Assembly (NCBI GenBank): GCA_964654465.1
Contig: CAZZIO010000022.1
Location: 1 to 64,000, forward strand
Length of the DNA: 64,000 nt
Reading direction: 5' to 3'
Source: an uncultured Dictyoglomota bacterium
GTDB taxonomy: Bacteria > Dictyoglomota > Dictyoglomia > Dictyoglomales > Dictyoglomaceae
Below are positions 10,176 to 19,892 of the stretch, piece by piece. Below the pieces are notes generated by a model, which was given only the letters and a program-made list of their open reading frames with translations, made no database searches and was not told the DNA's origin. Numbering within the stretch: position 1 is the first letter of the stretch; the number at the start of each line of letters is the position of its first letter. A program made the translations under genes and the position numbers.

Positions 10176-10964
10176 TTATACTTTTTGATTAATTCTTAAA
10201 TCAACCACCATAAATGGAATAGCAATTCCATTATCATCAAACTTTTTCTTTATTCTAATACTTAATGAGTTTGCAGCGTTGAAATAATTATCTCTATCTA
10301 CCCAAAAATATATTGTATATGTAACACCAGAACTACCATATTCTTTAAATGCAACAATATTTGTTACAGAAGGATCTTTTACTACTAATGGTTCCTCCTC
10401 TAAGGCTTCTTTTATTAACCCAATAACTTTATTAAGATCCGAAGAATAATCAACAGTTACATCAAAATTTATTCTGCGATAAGGGCCTGGCCAATATTTA
10501 GTAACCATTCCAGACCATACTTTTCTATTAGGTATGTAAACCATCTTTCCATCAAAGGTTTTTAATCTGGTATGATTCATCTCCACAATATCTACCATTC
10601 CACTTATTCCATCAATTTCTACTGCCTCTCCTTCAAATACTTTTCTTGTAACTAGAACAAGTATTCCAGAAAGGAAATTAGTAAGAGGTTCTTGAAAGGC
10701 GAGTCCTAAAACAACACCTGATATACCAAGACCGGCAAGATACGGAGTTAAATTAATATTCCATATAGACAAAACAATTGCTAACCCAAAACCATATAAA
10801 AGGAAACCAATAATCATGGAAACTGTTTTAGGGGCCTTTATCTCTTTTCCTGTCCTTGAAACAGCCCTATATATGCCTTTCATGATAAATCTATGTCCAA
10901 AGAATGTTATAAATAATATTAATATGGAAAAGAAAACGTTTAAATATATGTTACCTAAATTCAT
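10176..10964 (-). CDS. mscS: Small-conductance mechanosensitive channel (MscS family)
   Basis: GLAFQEPLTNFLSG, DGKMVYIPN, FDDNGIAIPF. Confidence 0.88.
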   Translation of the reverse strand: MNLGNIYLNVFFSILILFITFFGHRFIMKGIYRAVSRTGKEIKAPKTVSMIIGFLLYGFGLAIVLSIWNINLTPYLAGLGISGVVLGLAFQEPLTNFLSGILVLVTRKVFEGEAVEIDGISGMVDIVEMNHTRLKTFDGKMVYIPNRKVWSGMVTKYWPGPYRRINFDVTVDYSSDLNKVIGLIKEALEEEPLVVKDPSVTNIVAFKEYGSSGVTYTIYFWVDRDNYFNAANSLSIRIKKKFDDNGIAIPFMVVDLRINQKV

Positions 10965-11070
10965 TTTCTATACTAACCTCCAGCTAAACGCAAAATCTTT
11001 AAATATTATATCATCAGAATAATTTTATCTCAATTAATGGAATTATGGAGTAAAAAATGAGTTTGATTAA

Positions 11071-11104
11071 AAAATAAAGAGGGGGAGGAAAAACTCCTCT
11101 CCCC
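11071..11104 (-). terminator. Probable intrinsic terminator after rubrerythrin
   Basis: Imperfect GGGG(G)AGG/CCTCTCCCC hairpin followed by U-rich tract on minus strand. Confidence 0.6.
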
Positions 11105-11113
11105 ATCATTTTT

Positions 11114-11626
11114 TTACACAGAAAACTCTTTATATGAGCTTTTAGGAGCCCCACAAACAGGACATTTCTCTGGTGGCTCACCTTCTACAGTATGTCCACA
11201 GACTGGGCATATATAAATTTTTTCTGCTGTATAATCTTCATTTTTCTCCACTAATTCCTTTGCCTTTTTATACATTTCAGCATGTATCTTTTCTGCTTCC
11301 CAAGCAAATCTGGTGCTTCTTTCTGCCCCTTTTTCGTTTTGGAACAAAGCTGTATTGTTATACACTGGGTACATTTCTTCTATTTCAAAAGTTTCCCCTT
11401 CTATACATTGCATAACATTTTCTGCCATCTGTCCACTTATAAGCCCAAGTTCTCTATAATGGTTTCTTGCATGGATATACTCTGCATAGGCTATTGCTTT
11501 AAAAAGATTTGCAAGCTTAACTAAACCCTTCTTCTCAGCCTCTTCAGCAAAAATCATATACTTCATATGAGCCATACTTTCTCCTGCAAAAGCCTCATGA
11601 AGAAATTTTTCGGTCATCTTTCTCAT
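11114..11626 (-). CDS. rbr: Rubrerythrin
   Basis: AFAGES, EYIHA, EKIH diiron motifs; C-terminal CPVCGH...CPVC. Confidence 0.95.
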   Translation of the reverse strand: MRKMTEKFLHEAFAGESMAHMKYMIFAEEAEKKGLVKLANLFKAIAYAEYIHARNHYRELGLISGQMAENVMQCIEGETFEIEEMYPVYNNTALFQNEKGAERSTRFAWEAEKIHAEMYKKAKELVEKNEDYTAEKIYICPVCGHTVEGEPPEKCPVCGAPKSSYKEFSV

Positions 11627-11701
11627 ATTTTTAACCCCCTTTATCTATTTCTTTATTTATAATTATAACAATTTTTTTCTAATTCTCAAAACTTACTTTA
11701 A

Positions 11702-12643
11702 CTATTTTTTTCTTATTCTGATCTCAAAAGCTCTTTTTGGATTTTCTATTAGAAACTCGTTTATTATCTCCTGAGAAATATTTCTCTTGATTAACTCAGG
11801 TATCAGTTTGTAAAAAATATCAGTATAACCTCTTATTTTTTGTCTTCCCCCATTCTTTTCTCCTACAGCATACCAACCTGCATCATGAGAGAGAAGTATC
11901 CTATCTTCAAATCCTTCTTTTATAACCCTTTCTATCAGCCTAACATGGTAATCAATAGGTCTTGCCCCAATTGAATCGTACTCAAGCCATATTCCTCTTT
12001 TTAATAACATTAAATGTACATCAAAATCCTCTATATTATCAGCATGTACTATTATAAGAGAAGAGAGATCTATACCCACTTTCTTAATAATATCTGTAAC
12101 TTCAATGGCACAAACAGCTTCTCCAGTATGACATGCTATAGTAAGTCCTGTTTCAAGATGTGTTATAGCAGTAGCTATTATAAGTTTTTTATCTAAATCG
12201 CTGAGAGGTCCAGGATTTACTGCAGTCTTAATAAATCCTGGTTTTATATCCGTATCTTCAATACCTTCTTTCCACTCTTTAATAAACATTTCTGCTATTT
12301 TTTCTGCAGTTTCCCCATAATATTTTTTTGGAACATGTTTTCCATTACCTGCCCCATAAAATCCCGTATTTGTAACAATATTTAAACCTGAAAGTTCAGA
12401 AAGAATTTTTAATGTTTTAACATCCCTTCCTACATATTTAGGGGTGCATTCAAAAAAAGTTTTAACACCCAAATTCTTTATTTCTAATAAATAAGGCAAC
12501 ATGGTATTGATAATATCGGACCTTATAGAATTTGTTATCTCTATCTGATCTTCTGCAGAAGAAAAATCTACAAGAAGGTGTTCATGTACTAAAGTGAGCC
12601 CTAAACTTTCCCCATCTATAGCACCCTTTACAGTCATAATCAT
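11702..12643 (-). CDS. Phosphotriesterase-related amidohydrolase/lactonase
   Basis: TLVHEH, GFIK, CHTG, HAD, LSHD metal ligands. Confidence 0.88.
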   Translation of the reverse strand: MIMTVKGAIDGESLGLTLVHEHLLVDFSSAEDQIEITNSIRSDIINTMLPYLLEIKNLGVKTFFECTPKYVGRDVKTLKILSELSGLNIVTNTGFYGAGNGKHVPKKYYGETAEKIAEMFIKEWKEGIEDTDIKPGFIKTAVNPGPLSDLDKKLIIATAITHLETGLTIACHTGEAVCAIEVTDIIKKVGIDLSSLIIVHADNIEDFDVHLMLLKRGIWLEYDSIGARPIDYHVRLIERVIKEGFEDRILLSHDAGWYAVGEKNGGRQKIRGYTDIFYKLIPELIKRNISQEIINEFLIENPKRAFEIRIRKK

Positions 12644-12743
12644 AAAAATTTACCTCCTTAAAAGATTTACTCCCTTAGTTTAGTATAACAGAAGATTAGT
12701 TTTAGATCTTTATTTAAAAATTTTAAAAAGATATAATTTAAAT

Positions 12744-13691
12744 ATGAGAAAGTTCATTAAGCCTAAAATAGTTTTAAGTTCATGTCTAAATTTAGAACCC
12801 GTAAGGTATAATGGAGAAATCATTAAAGATCCCTTTGTTATAAAACTTAGAGAATATTGTGAGATAATTTCTGTATGTCCTGAAGTATCCATTGGCCTCG
12901 GAGTTCCAAGAGACAAGATCATAGTTTATAAAGAAAAAGACAATTACGGTATTTATCAACCCAGCAAAGATTTAGATTTAACTCAAGATATGTTAAGTTT
13001 TACATATAATCTTTTATCAAATCTTCCACAAGTTGATGGCTTTTTATTAAAAAGTAAATCACCTTCTTGTGGAGTTTCCAATACACTTGTATATGCAGAT
13101 AAACATGGTAAGGAATTTTACTTCAAAGGGAAAGGAATATTTGCTCAAATAATATTAGAAAAATTACCAAATCTACCTATAGAAGATGAAGGAAGGTTAA
13201 GAAATAGAGAAATAAGAGAAAAATATTTGATAAGAATTTTTAGTCTATCTGAATTGAGAAATCTTGAAAATCAACTAAAAAATATATCCCAACTTATAGA
13301 TTTTCATCAAAGATATAAATATCTATTAATGGCCTTTTCACAAAAACATTCGAAAATTATGGGAAACTTAATAGGAAATTTTAATAAAGAAAAACCGTTG
13401 GAAGATATTAAAAAAACGTATTCTAATCTATTTAAAGAGGCCTTATCCTCAGCATTAAAGAGGGGAAATCAAGCCAATGTCTTACTCCATATTTTTGGAC
13501 ATTTTTCTAAAAAATTAAAAGAAGGAGAAAAATCTCATTTTCTCTCTTTAATTGAAAAATACAGAATGGGAAAGATAGAAATAAAGGTACTTCGTGAAAT
13601 AATCAAATCCTGGGCTTATAGATTTGACGATCAATATATTATGAATCAAACTTATTTAGAACCTTATCCTGAAGATCTTGAAGAATCTTAA
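12744..13691 (+). CDS. DUF523 (TudS 2-thiouracil desulfurase-like) + DUF1722 (YbgA-like) protein
   Basis: SSCL..EPVRYNG, CPEV..GLGVPR, KSPSCG, FHQRYKYLLMA, QTYLEPYP. Confidence 0.85.
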   Translation: MRKFIKPKIVLSSCLNLEPVRYNGEIIKDPFVIKLREYCEIISVCPEVSIGLGVPRDKIIVYKEKDNYGIYQPSKDLDLTQDMLSFTYNLLSNLPQVDGFLLKSKSPSCGVSNTLVYADKHGKEFYFKGKGIFAQIILEKLPNLPIEDEGRLRNREIREKYLIRIFSLSELRNLENQLKNISQLIDFHQRYKYLLMAFSQKHSKIMGNLIGNFNKEKPLEDIKKTYSNLFKEALSSALKRGNQANVLLHIFGHFSKKLKEGEKSHFLSLIEKYRMGKIEIKVLREIIKSWAYRFDDQYIMNQTYLEPYPEDLEES

Positions 13692-13714
13692 TAAATACTA
13701 AGGGGGACAGTCTT

Positions 13715-14734
13715 ATGAAAAATCAAGGTTGGCTTCTTAAAGAAATAAAAAGGTTAGAACTCATTGAAACACCTTATCCGTCAATAAAGGATGATGAAGT
13801 ATTATTAGAAGTAATCTATGCAGGAATTTGTGGATCTGATCTTCATGCCTACCTGGGAGAACATCCCTTTGTAAAACCAGGCATTGTTTTAGGCCACGAA
13901 TTTGTTGGAAAAGTAATTGATAAAGGAGAAAAAGTTAAAAATATGAATTTAGGAGATTATGTTGTAATTGAACCAAGTCTAACATGTGGGAATTGTTACA
14001 ATTGTGTTCATGGAAGATATAATATTTGTAAAAATTTGGATGTAATTGGATGTACAAAAACTAACGGTGGATTCCAAAGATACATATCAATTCCCTCTCA
14101 CAAGGTATATTCAATAAACGATATTCCTTTAAAAAGGGCTGTCTTAACAGAACCTTTAGCAGTAGCTGTTCATGGGGTTAGAAGATCGAGTTTCAAACCA
14201 GGAGATGAAGTATTAGTTATAGGTAGTGGTCCTATCGGTCTTCTTACTACCATATTTCTATATCTATCATTGCCTAAAAAGATAGTAGTTGTAGATCCTA
14301 TTGATAAAAGATTAAAACTTGTAAAAGATTTATGCCCCAACATTATACCTATAAAGCCAGATGAGTTAACAAATTCCCTCTTTACCCAAGAAGGCCCTGA
14401 CGTGACCTTTGAATGTGTAGGTATAGATCAAACAATAAATATGGCTATTGAAAATGCAAAAAAAGGAACAGATATAATCCTTATTGGTGTTCCTAAGGAG
14501 ATATCTTTAGCTAAGCTTATTTATATCCAAGACAGAGAACTAAACTTAAAAGGCTCTCTTATGTATACAAAAGACGATTACCTAATTGCTATAGATTTAC
14601 TAAGGAAAAATCAAGTAGATTACGAAAGATTAATCTCCCATATCTACCCATTTGAGGAGGTAAATAAAGCTTTTGAAGATATCATTAATGAGAAAGAAAA
14701 ATATCTAAAGGTAATAATTGAAATAGCAAAATAA
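13715..14734 (+). CDS. Zn-dependent alcohol/sugar-alcohol dehydrogenase (MDR family)
   Basis: GICGSD, GHE, CGNCYNC...C, GSGPIG. Confidence 0.9.
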   Translation: MKNQGWLLKEIKRLELIETPYPSIKDDEVLLEVIYAGICGSDLHAYLGEHPFVKPGIVLGHEFVGKVIDKGEKVKNMNLGDYVVIEPSLTCGNCYNCVHGRYNICKNLDVIGCTKTNGGFQRYISIPSHKVYSINDIPLKRAVLTEPLAVAVHGVRRSSFKPGDEVLVIGSGPIGLLTTIFLYLSLPKKIVVVDPIDKRLKLVKDLCPNIIPIKPDELTNSLFTQEGPDVTFECVGIDQTINMAIENAKKGTDIILIGVPKEISLAKLIYIQDRELNLKGSLMYTKDDYLIAIDLLRKNQVDYERLISHIYPFEEVNKAFEDIINEKEKYLKVIIEIAK

Positions 14735-14901
14735 AGTCAAAATTTTAAAAAAAAATTGTAAATAATTTACTCAAGCATTATTCTAATATTTCACACGTTT
14801 TTCTCTTGCATTTGTTACAAAAAATATGTAATTATTTACAAATTTTTTACTATTTGATATACTTTTTAAAGAAAGTTAAAACGAAGGGGGTACATAAATA
14901 T

Positions 14902-16323
14902 ATGAAAAAACTAAAACTCCTAAACACATTACTTCTATTTTTAATCTTTATAAGTCTAATTTCTGGCTGTACTAAAACAACTGATATTTACAATAATACA
15001 TTAACAGAAGATAATACCGTAATAATAACTAAAGAAAATATAAATAAGGCACCCAGTACATCTGGCATAAAGGGGGTTAATAATCCCCACATTTGGTTTG
15101 ATTCACAAGCATATTCCGCCCTTGATACCATAAAAAGCTATGGTTTTAATACAGTTAGAATTGTTTGGCAAACAAATGGATCAGCCTCAAGATTGAAACA
15201 GATAATTGATAGATGTAAAAGCTTAGGTCTTAAACCCATTCCTGAATTGCATGATGTTACAGGTAGTACATCTACTAGTGACTTAGATAGAATGGTATCT
15301 TGGTGGATAAATAATAAATCATATATCGCCAGTGATGTCTGGATAAATATTGCAAATGAGTGGGGACCAAGAAACAGTACTATTTGGAGAGATGCTTACA
15401 AAAACGCTGTAAGTAGAATGAGAAATGCTGGAATAAATAATGTATTAGTAATCGACTCGGGTGGATGGGGACAAGATGACCAAGATATTTTAAACTATGC
15501 CTTAGAGGTACTAAATTCTGATCCATTAAAGAATATTGTCTTTAGCATACACATGTATGGAGAATGGAATGATAATAGCAAAATTTATAATTTTTTGTCT
15601 ACTTGTAAGAACCGTGGTATTCCTATCATTGTAGGTGAATTTGGATATAACTACAATAACGGTAACAACAATCTTGGATGTAAAGTTGATGCTTTATACC
15701 TAATGCAAACCTGTAGAAATCTTGGAATAGGCTTTATTGCATGGTCATGGACAGGCAATAACAGTGAAAATGCATGGCTTGATATGACTTCCCCTTCAGA
15801 TTGGAAGACTCTAACTTATTGGGGCAAAATGGTAGTGTACGAAAAAGACCCAAATGCTGGAAATTCGTCAGTATTATATAATTTTGAAGGTAGTACTCAA
15901 AATTGGACAGGTACAAATGTAGTTGGAGGACCATGGTCCGTAAATGAATGGGCCTACAATGGAAGTTATTCTTTAAAAGCTGATGTAGACTTAGGTACAG
16001 GTAAGCAATTTTACCTTTGTATAATTTCAAATCATAATTTTTCTGGAAAATCAAAACTTAAAGCAGTAGTAAGACATGCAGCCTGGGGTGATCAAGGAAC
16101 AGGCATGCAAGCCAAATTATATATAAAGGTGGGAAGTAATTGGAAATGGTATGATGGAGGCACTGTTAATATTAGCTCAAATACATCAGGGACTGTATTA
16201 ACTTTAAATCTATCGGGAATTTCAGGACTAAATGACGTAAGAGAATTAGGAGTTCAATTTTTATCTGGCAGTGGATCATCAGGAAGATCTGCTATTTACC
16301 TTGATTATTTAACTATCGAGTAA
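14902..16323 (+). CDS. GH5 (subfamily 8-like) endo-beta-mannanase lipoprotein with C-terminal CBM (CBM59-like)
   Basis: SD GGGGG before ATG 14902; lipobox LISGC; GVNNPH, ELHDVTG, NIANEW, FSIHMY, VGEFG, AWSW; Trp-rich C-terminal beta domain. Confidence 0.85.
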   Translation: MKKLKLLNTLLLFLIFISLISGCTKTTDIYNNTLTEDNTVIITKENINKAPSTSGIKGVNNPHIWFDSQAYSALDTIKSYGFNTVRIVWQTNGSASRLKQIIDRCKSLGLKPIPELHDVTGSTSTSDLDRMVSWWINNKSYIASDVWINIANEWGPRNSTIWRDAYKNAVSRMRNAGINNVLVIDSGGWGQDDQDILNYALEVLNSDPLKNIVFSIHMYGEWNDNSKIYNFLSTCKNRGIPIIVGEFGYNYNNGNNNLGCKVDALYLMQTCRNLGIGFIAWSWTGNNSENAWLDMTSPSDWKTLTYWGKMVVYEKDPNAGNSSVLYNFEGSTQNWTGTNVVGGPWSVNEWAYNGSYSLKADVDLGTGKQFYLCIISNHNFSGKSKLKAVVRHAAWGDQGTGMQAKLYIKVGSNWKWYDGGTVNISSNTSGTVLTLNLSGISGLNDVRELGVQFLSGSGSSGRSAIYLDYLTIE

Positions 16324-16367
16324 AATAACTTCATTTTGTGGTATAATTACTAAAAATTGAAGATAGG

Positions 16368-16470
16368 GTTTCCAGGGGAGCTGAGGGGAAAAGCTCGGCT
16401 GAGAGGAGGTCTATAATCCCGACCTCGACCCTTAGAACCTGACCCGGGTAATACCGGCGGAGGGAGTGAA
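16368..16470 (+). ncRNA. TPP riboswitch aptamer
   Basis: GGGGAGC...GCTGAGAGG...GACCCTTAGAACCTGA-CCCGGGTAATACCGG-CGGAGGGA directly upstream of thi operon; extended -10 TGTGGTATAAT just upstream. Confidence 0.95.
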
Positions 16471-16482
16471 AATTATTGGAAT

Positions 16483-16525
16483 TTAAAGGACCGCTTGGTA
16501 ATATCCGGGCGGTCCTTTAAGTTTT
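16483..16525 (+). terminator. Riboswitch expression-platform terminator
   Basis: TTAAAGGACCGCTTGG-taatat-CCGGGCGGTCCTTTAA-GTTTT between aptamer and thiS SD. Confidence 0.85.
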
Positions 16526-16544
16526 ATATGGAGGTGAAATTTAT

Positions 16545-16733
16545 ATGTTAGTAAACGATATAGAAATAAAGTACAAGGGAAACATTAAAGGACTTCTTTT
16601 AAAACTTAAATACCCTTTAGAAAAAATAGCCGTTCTTGTTAACGGAGAAATTATTAAAAAAGAAGATTGGGAAAAATATTATCTTAAAGATGAAGATTAT
16701 GTGGAAATAGTATCCTTAGTAGGAGGGGGTTAA
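16545..16733 (+). CDS. thiS: Sulfur carrier protein ThiS
   Basis: 62 aa, AVLVNGEII, ends VGGG; first gene after TPP riboswitch. Confidence 0.95.
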   Translation: MLVNDIEIKYKGNIKGLLLKLKYPLEKIAVLVNGEIIKKEDWEKYYLKDEDYVEIVSLVGGG

Positions 16734-16740
16734 GAAGAAT

Positions 16741-17514
16741 ATGCAGTTTGAAATTGGTGGAAAAATAATAAACAATAGGTTATTTGTGGGAACTGGAAAA
16801 TTACCAGATTATAGCATTATCAAAAATATGTATGAAGAACTCAAAATAGAAGTATTTGTCGTAGCAGTGAGAAGAATAAATACAGATATAAATAAAGGCA
16901 ACTCTATATTAGATTTTATCCCAAGAGATGCTACCATCATGATAAATACCTCTGGGGCAAGAAATCATAAAGAAGCTGTAAAAATAGCTCTTATCGGTAG
17001 AGAAATTACAGGATCAAACTGGATTAAGATCGAAATCACAGGAGAAATGAAATATCTTCTGCCCGATAATGAAGAGACAATTAAAGCATCAGAAATTTTA
17101 GTAAAAGAAGGCTTCAAAGTATTTCCATATATATCACCTGATCTTATAATTGCCAAAAAACTTGAAGAAAAGGGAGTTTCAGCAGTAATGCCTTTAGGAT
17201 CTCCCATAGGTAGTAATAAGGGCATTGATTCAGAAATACTAATTAAAGCAATAATTAATGAAATTTCTATTCCTGTAATAATAGATGCAGGAATTGGTAA
17301 ACCTTCTCACGCCGCAAAAGCTATGGAGTTAGGAGCTGATGCTGTACTTATAAATACAGCCATAGCTACTTCAAAAGATCCCTTAAATATGGCAAGGGCT
17401 TTTAATTACGCTGTAAAAGCTGGAAGATTGGCATATGAAATAGGACTTCCAGAAGAAAAAGATTACGCAAGTGCAAGCTCTCCACTTTATGATCTCATTA
17501 AAAGTTTGGATTAA
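16741..17514 (+). CDS. thiG: Thiazole synthase
   Basis: RLFVGTGK, NTSGA, WIKIE, MPLGSPIGS, DAGIG. Confidence 0.97.
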   Translation: MQFEIGGKIINNRLFVGTGKLPDYSIIKNMYEELKIEVFVVAVRRINTDINKGNSILDFIPRDATIMINTSGARNHKEAVKIALIGREITGSNWIKIEITGEMKYLLPDNEETIKASEILVKEGFKVFPYISPDLIIAKKLEEKGVSAVMPLGSPIGSNKGIDSEILIKAIINEISIPVIIDAGIGKPSHAAKAMELGADAVLINTAIATSKDPLNMARAFNYAVKAGRLAYEIGLPEEKDYASASSPLYDLIKSLD

Positions 17515-17525
17515 TAGGTGAGCCA

Positions 17526-18632
17526 ATGTTAGAAAAAGTTCTAAATTGGGCTGATAATTTTTTAGAACAAATTAGAAAAGAAAAGAAAAAGTATGATATA
17601 AGGAAAATTTTAAAAAAGGAAGAAATAAACGAAGAAGAACTTTATATTCTACTATCTGATACAGACGACAATAATCTTGTACTTATGGCAGAAAAGTCAA
17701 AAAAACTTACAGAAAGATACTATGGAAAAGTTATCACTCTATTTACCCCTCTTTACCTTTCTAATTATTGTCTTTCATCATGTAAATATTGTGGTTTTTC
17801 TATAGAAAACAAAATAAAAAGAATAAAATTAAAAAAAGAAGAATTAATCGAAGAATATAAACACATAAAAAATTTTGGAATTGATAGTATTTTATTATTA
17901 ACAGGATGTGATAGAATCAATACACCTTTTGAATATATACTCTCTGCTGTAGAAGAAGCAAAAAATTACTTTTCTGAAATCATAATAGAGGTATATCCAA
18001 TGGATGAAGAAGAATATAAAATCCTTGTTAATAGAGGTCTAACAGGAGTAACACAATATCAAGAGACATATAACTTAAAAATATATGAAGAATTACATCC
18101 TTATGGCCCTAAAAAAGATTTCTGGTACCGAATAAAAACTCAAGAAAGAGCAATAAAAGCAGGAGTTTTTGAAGTTACCTTAGGTATTCTACTTGGGCTA
18201 AATAATCCCATTGAAGATACATTCAAAATGCTACTTCATGCTAAATATCTCATGCAAAAATATCCTAAGGCAGAAATAAATATCTCTTTTCCAAGATATC
18301 GCCCTGCTGGAACAAATTTTGTTCCCCAATATATTGTGAATTCAAAGACCCTATTACGTCTCATTTTTACCTCTCGAATTTATTTACCTCCAATCGGAAT
18401 CACCATTTCAACTCGTGAATCTCCAAAACTTAGAGATCTTATTATAGGTTATGGCGTTACAAAAATGTCGGCAGGTTCTAAAACATCCGTCGGTGGATAC
18501 GCAAAAGATAGAGAATCAGAAACACAATTTGAGGTAGAAGATAAAAGAAGCATAAAAGAAATAATTGAGATAATTAAAAGCAAAGGATATAGGCCAGAAT
18601 TTACAAATTGGATTAAAGGAGGCATAGCATGA
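17526..18632 (+). CDS. thiH: 2-iminoacetate synthase (radical SAM tyrosine lyase)
   Basis: FTPLYLSNYCLSSCKYCGF, YQETY, STRE, MSAGSKTSVGGY. Confidence 0.95.
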   Translation: MLEKVLNWADNFLEQIRKEKKKYDIRKILKKEEINEEELYILLSDTDDNNLVLMAEKSKKLTERYYGKVITLFTPLYLSNYCLSSCKYCGFSIENKIKRIKLKKEELIEEYKHIKNFGIDSILLLTGCDRINTPFEYILSAVEEAKNYFSEIIIEVYPMDEEEYKILVNRGLTGVTQYQETYNLKIYEELHPYGPKKDFWYRIKTQERAIKAGVFEVTLGILLGLNNPIEDTFKMLLHAKYLMQKYPKAEINISFPRYRPAGTNFVPQYIVNSKTLLRLIFTSRIYLPPIGITISTRESPKLRDLIIGYGVTKMSAGSKTSVGGYAKDRESETQFEVEDKRSIKEIIEIIKSKGYRPEFTNWIKGGIA

Positions 18633-19234
18633 ATGACTTTAGAGACATGCTTATAAATTATTTTACTCAAGAAGAATTAAATAAAATTCGTAAGACAAAA
18701 ATAGTAATAGCAGGTTGTGGGGGATTAGGCTCAAATGCTGCTATAACTCTCACAAGAACAGGTTTTGAAAATTTTATTCTCATAGATCATGATAAAGTAG
18801 AAACATCAAATTTAAATAGGCAAGCCTATTTCTACAATCAAATAGGTAAACCAAAAGTTATTGCTCTTAAAGAAAATATTCTTTCTATAAATTCTCATTG
18901 TAACATTATCACTTTTGAGGTGAAGATCACATCTGAGAATGTAATAGATCTATTATCTCAAGGAGACATCATTTTAGAAGCAGTAGACACTGCAGAAACA
19001 AAAGCCCTATTAATTAACACTGCTGTTAGTTTAGGTAAAAAGATCGTCTCAGCTATAGGAGTTTGTGGATTTGGTGACATTGAGAAAATAAAGATTAAAA
19101 AATTTAAAAACATAACCCTTATTGGAGATTTTCAAAGTGATAATAAAAACTTTCAACCTTATGCTCCTAAAGTAATTGCTATTTCAAGTATGCAATGTGA
19201 TGAAATTTTAAGGATGGTGCTATATGAAATCTAA
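18629..19234 (+). CDS. thiF: ThiS adenylyltransferase (short ThiF type)
   Basis: GCGGLGS, DHDKVETSNLNRQ, IGDF; thi operon context. Confidence 0.92.
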   Translation: MNDFRDMLINYFTQEELNKIRKTKIVIAGCGGLGSNAAITLTRTGFENFILIDHDKVETSNLNRQAYFYNQIGKPKVIALKENILSINSHCNIITFEVKITSENVIDLLSQGDIILEAVDTAETKALLINTAVSLGKKIVSAIGVCGFGDIEKIKIKKFKNITLIGDFQSDNKNFQPYAPKVIAISSMQCDEILRMVLYEI

Positions 19235-19892
19235 GAAATTAGATCTACTAAAGAATTACAATCTTTACTGCATTACAGCCGAAAATTTATCTTTAGGTAG
19301 AAACAATATAGAAGTAGTAAAAGAAATGCTATCTTCAGGTGTAAAAATCATACAATACAGAGAAAAGAAAAAAACATTAAAAGAAAAATATAAGGAAGCA
19401 TTAATTTTAAGAGAACTTACTCTACAATATAATGCCATTTTAATAGTTAATGATCATTTGGACCTTGCAAAAATTGTTGGGGCAGATGGGGTACATATTG
19501 GTCAAGACGATTATCCTATAGAAGTAGCAAGGGAATTATTAGGAGAAGAATTTATTATAGGAGTTACTACCCATAATAAAGAACAAGCCAAAAAAGCTGA
19601 AAAAGAGGGGGCTGATTATATTGGTCTTGGACCAATTTTTGAAAGTTTTACAAAAGAAAACCCCCATCCTCCAATTGGATTAGAGATTCTAAAATGGGCT
19701 ACCGCAAATATAAAAATTCCAGTAGTAGCGATAGGAGGTATTAAAGAAAACAATTTAAAACAAGTTTTTGAAAATGGAGGAAAATGTATAGCTATGGTAA
19801 GTGAGATTGTAGCTTCAGCTGATATTAAAGAAAAAATAAAAAATCTCATGAAGATAATGGAGGTTTACAAAAATGGAACAAACAATTCTTGA
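19224..19892 (+). CDS. thiE: Thiamine-phosphate synthase
   Basis: QYREK, VNDH, GVHIGQDD, AIGGI. Confidence 0.95.
   Translation: MKSKKLDLLKNYNLYCITAENLSLGRNNIEVVKEMLSSGVKIIQYREKKKTLKEKYKEALILRELTLQYNAILIVNDHLDLAKIVGADGVHIGQDDYPIEVARELLGEEFIIGVTTHNKEQAKKAEKEGADYIGLGPIFESFTKENPHPPIGLEILKWATANIKIPVVAIGGIKENNLKQVFENGGKCIAMVSEIVASADIKEKIKNLMKIMEVYKNGTNNS

Noticed and set aside
14806-14901. N-terminal extension of the GH5 ORF
   Set aside because: SD and signal peptide place the start at 14902
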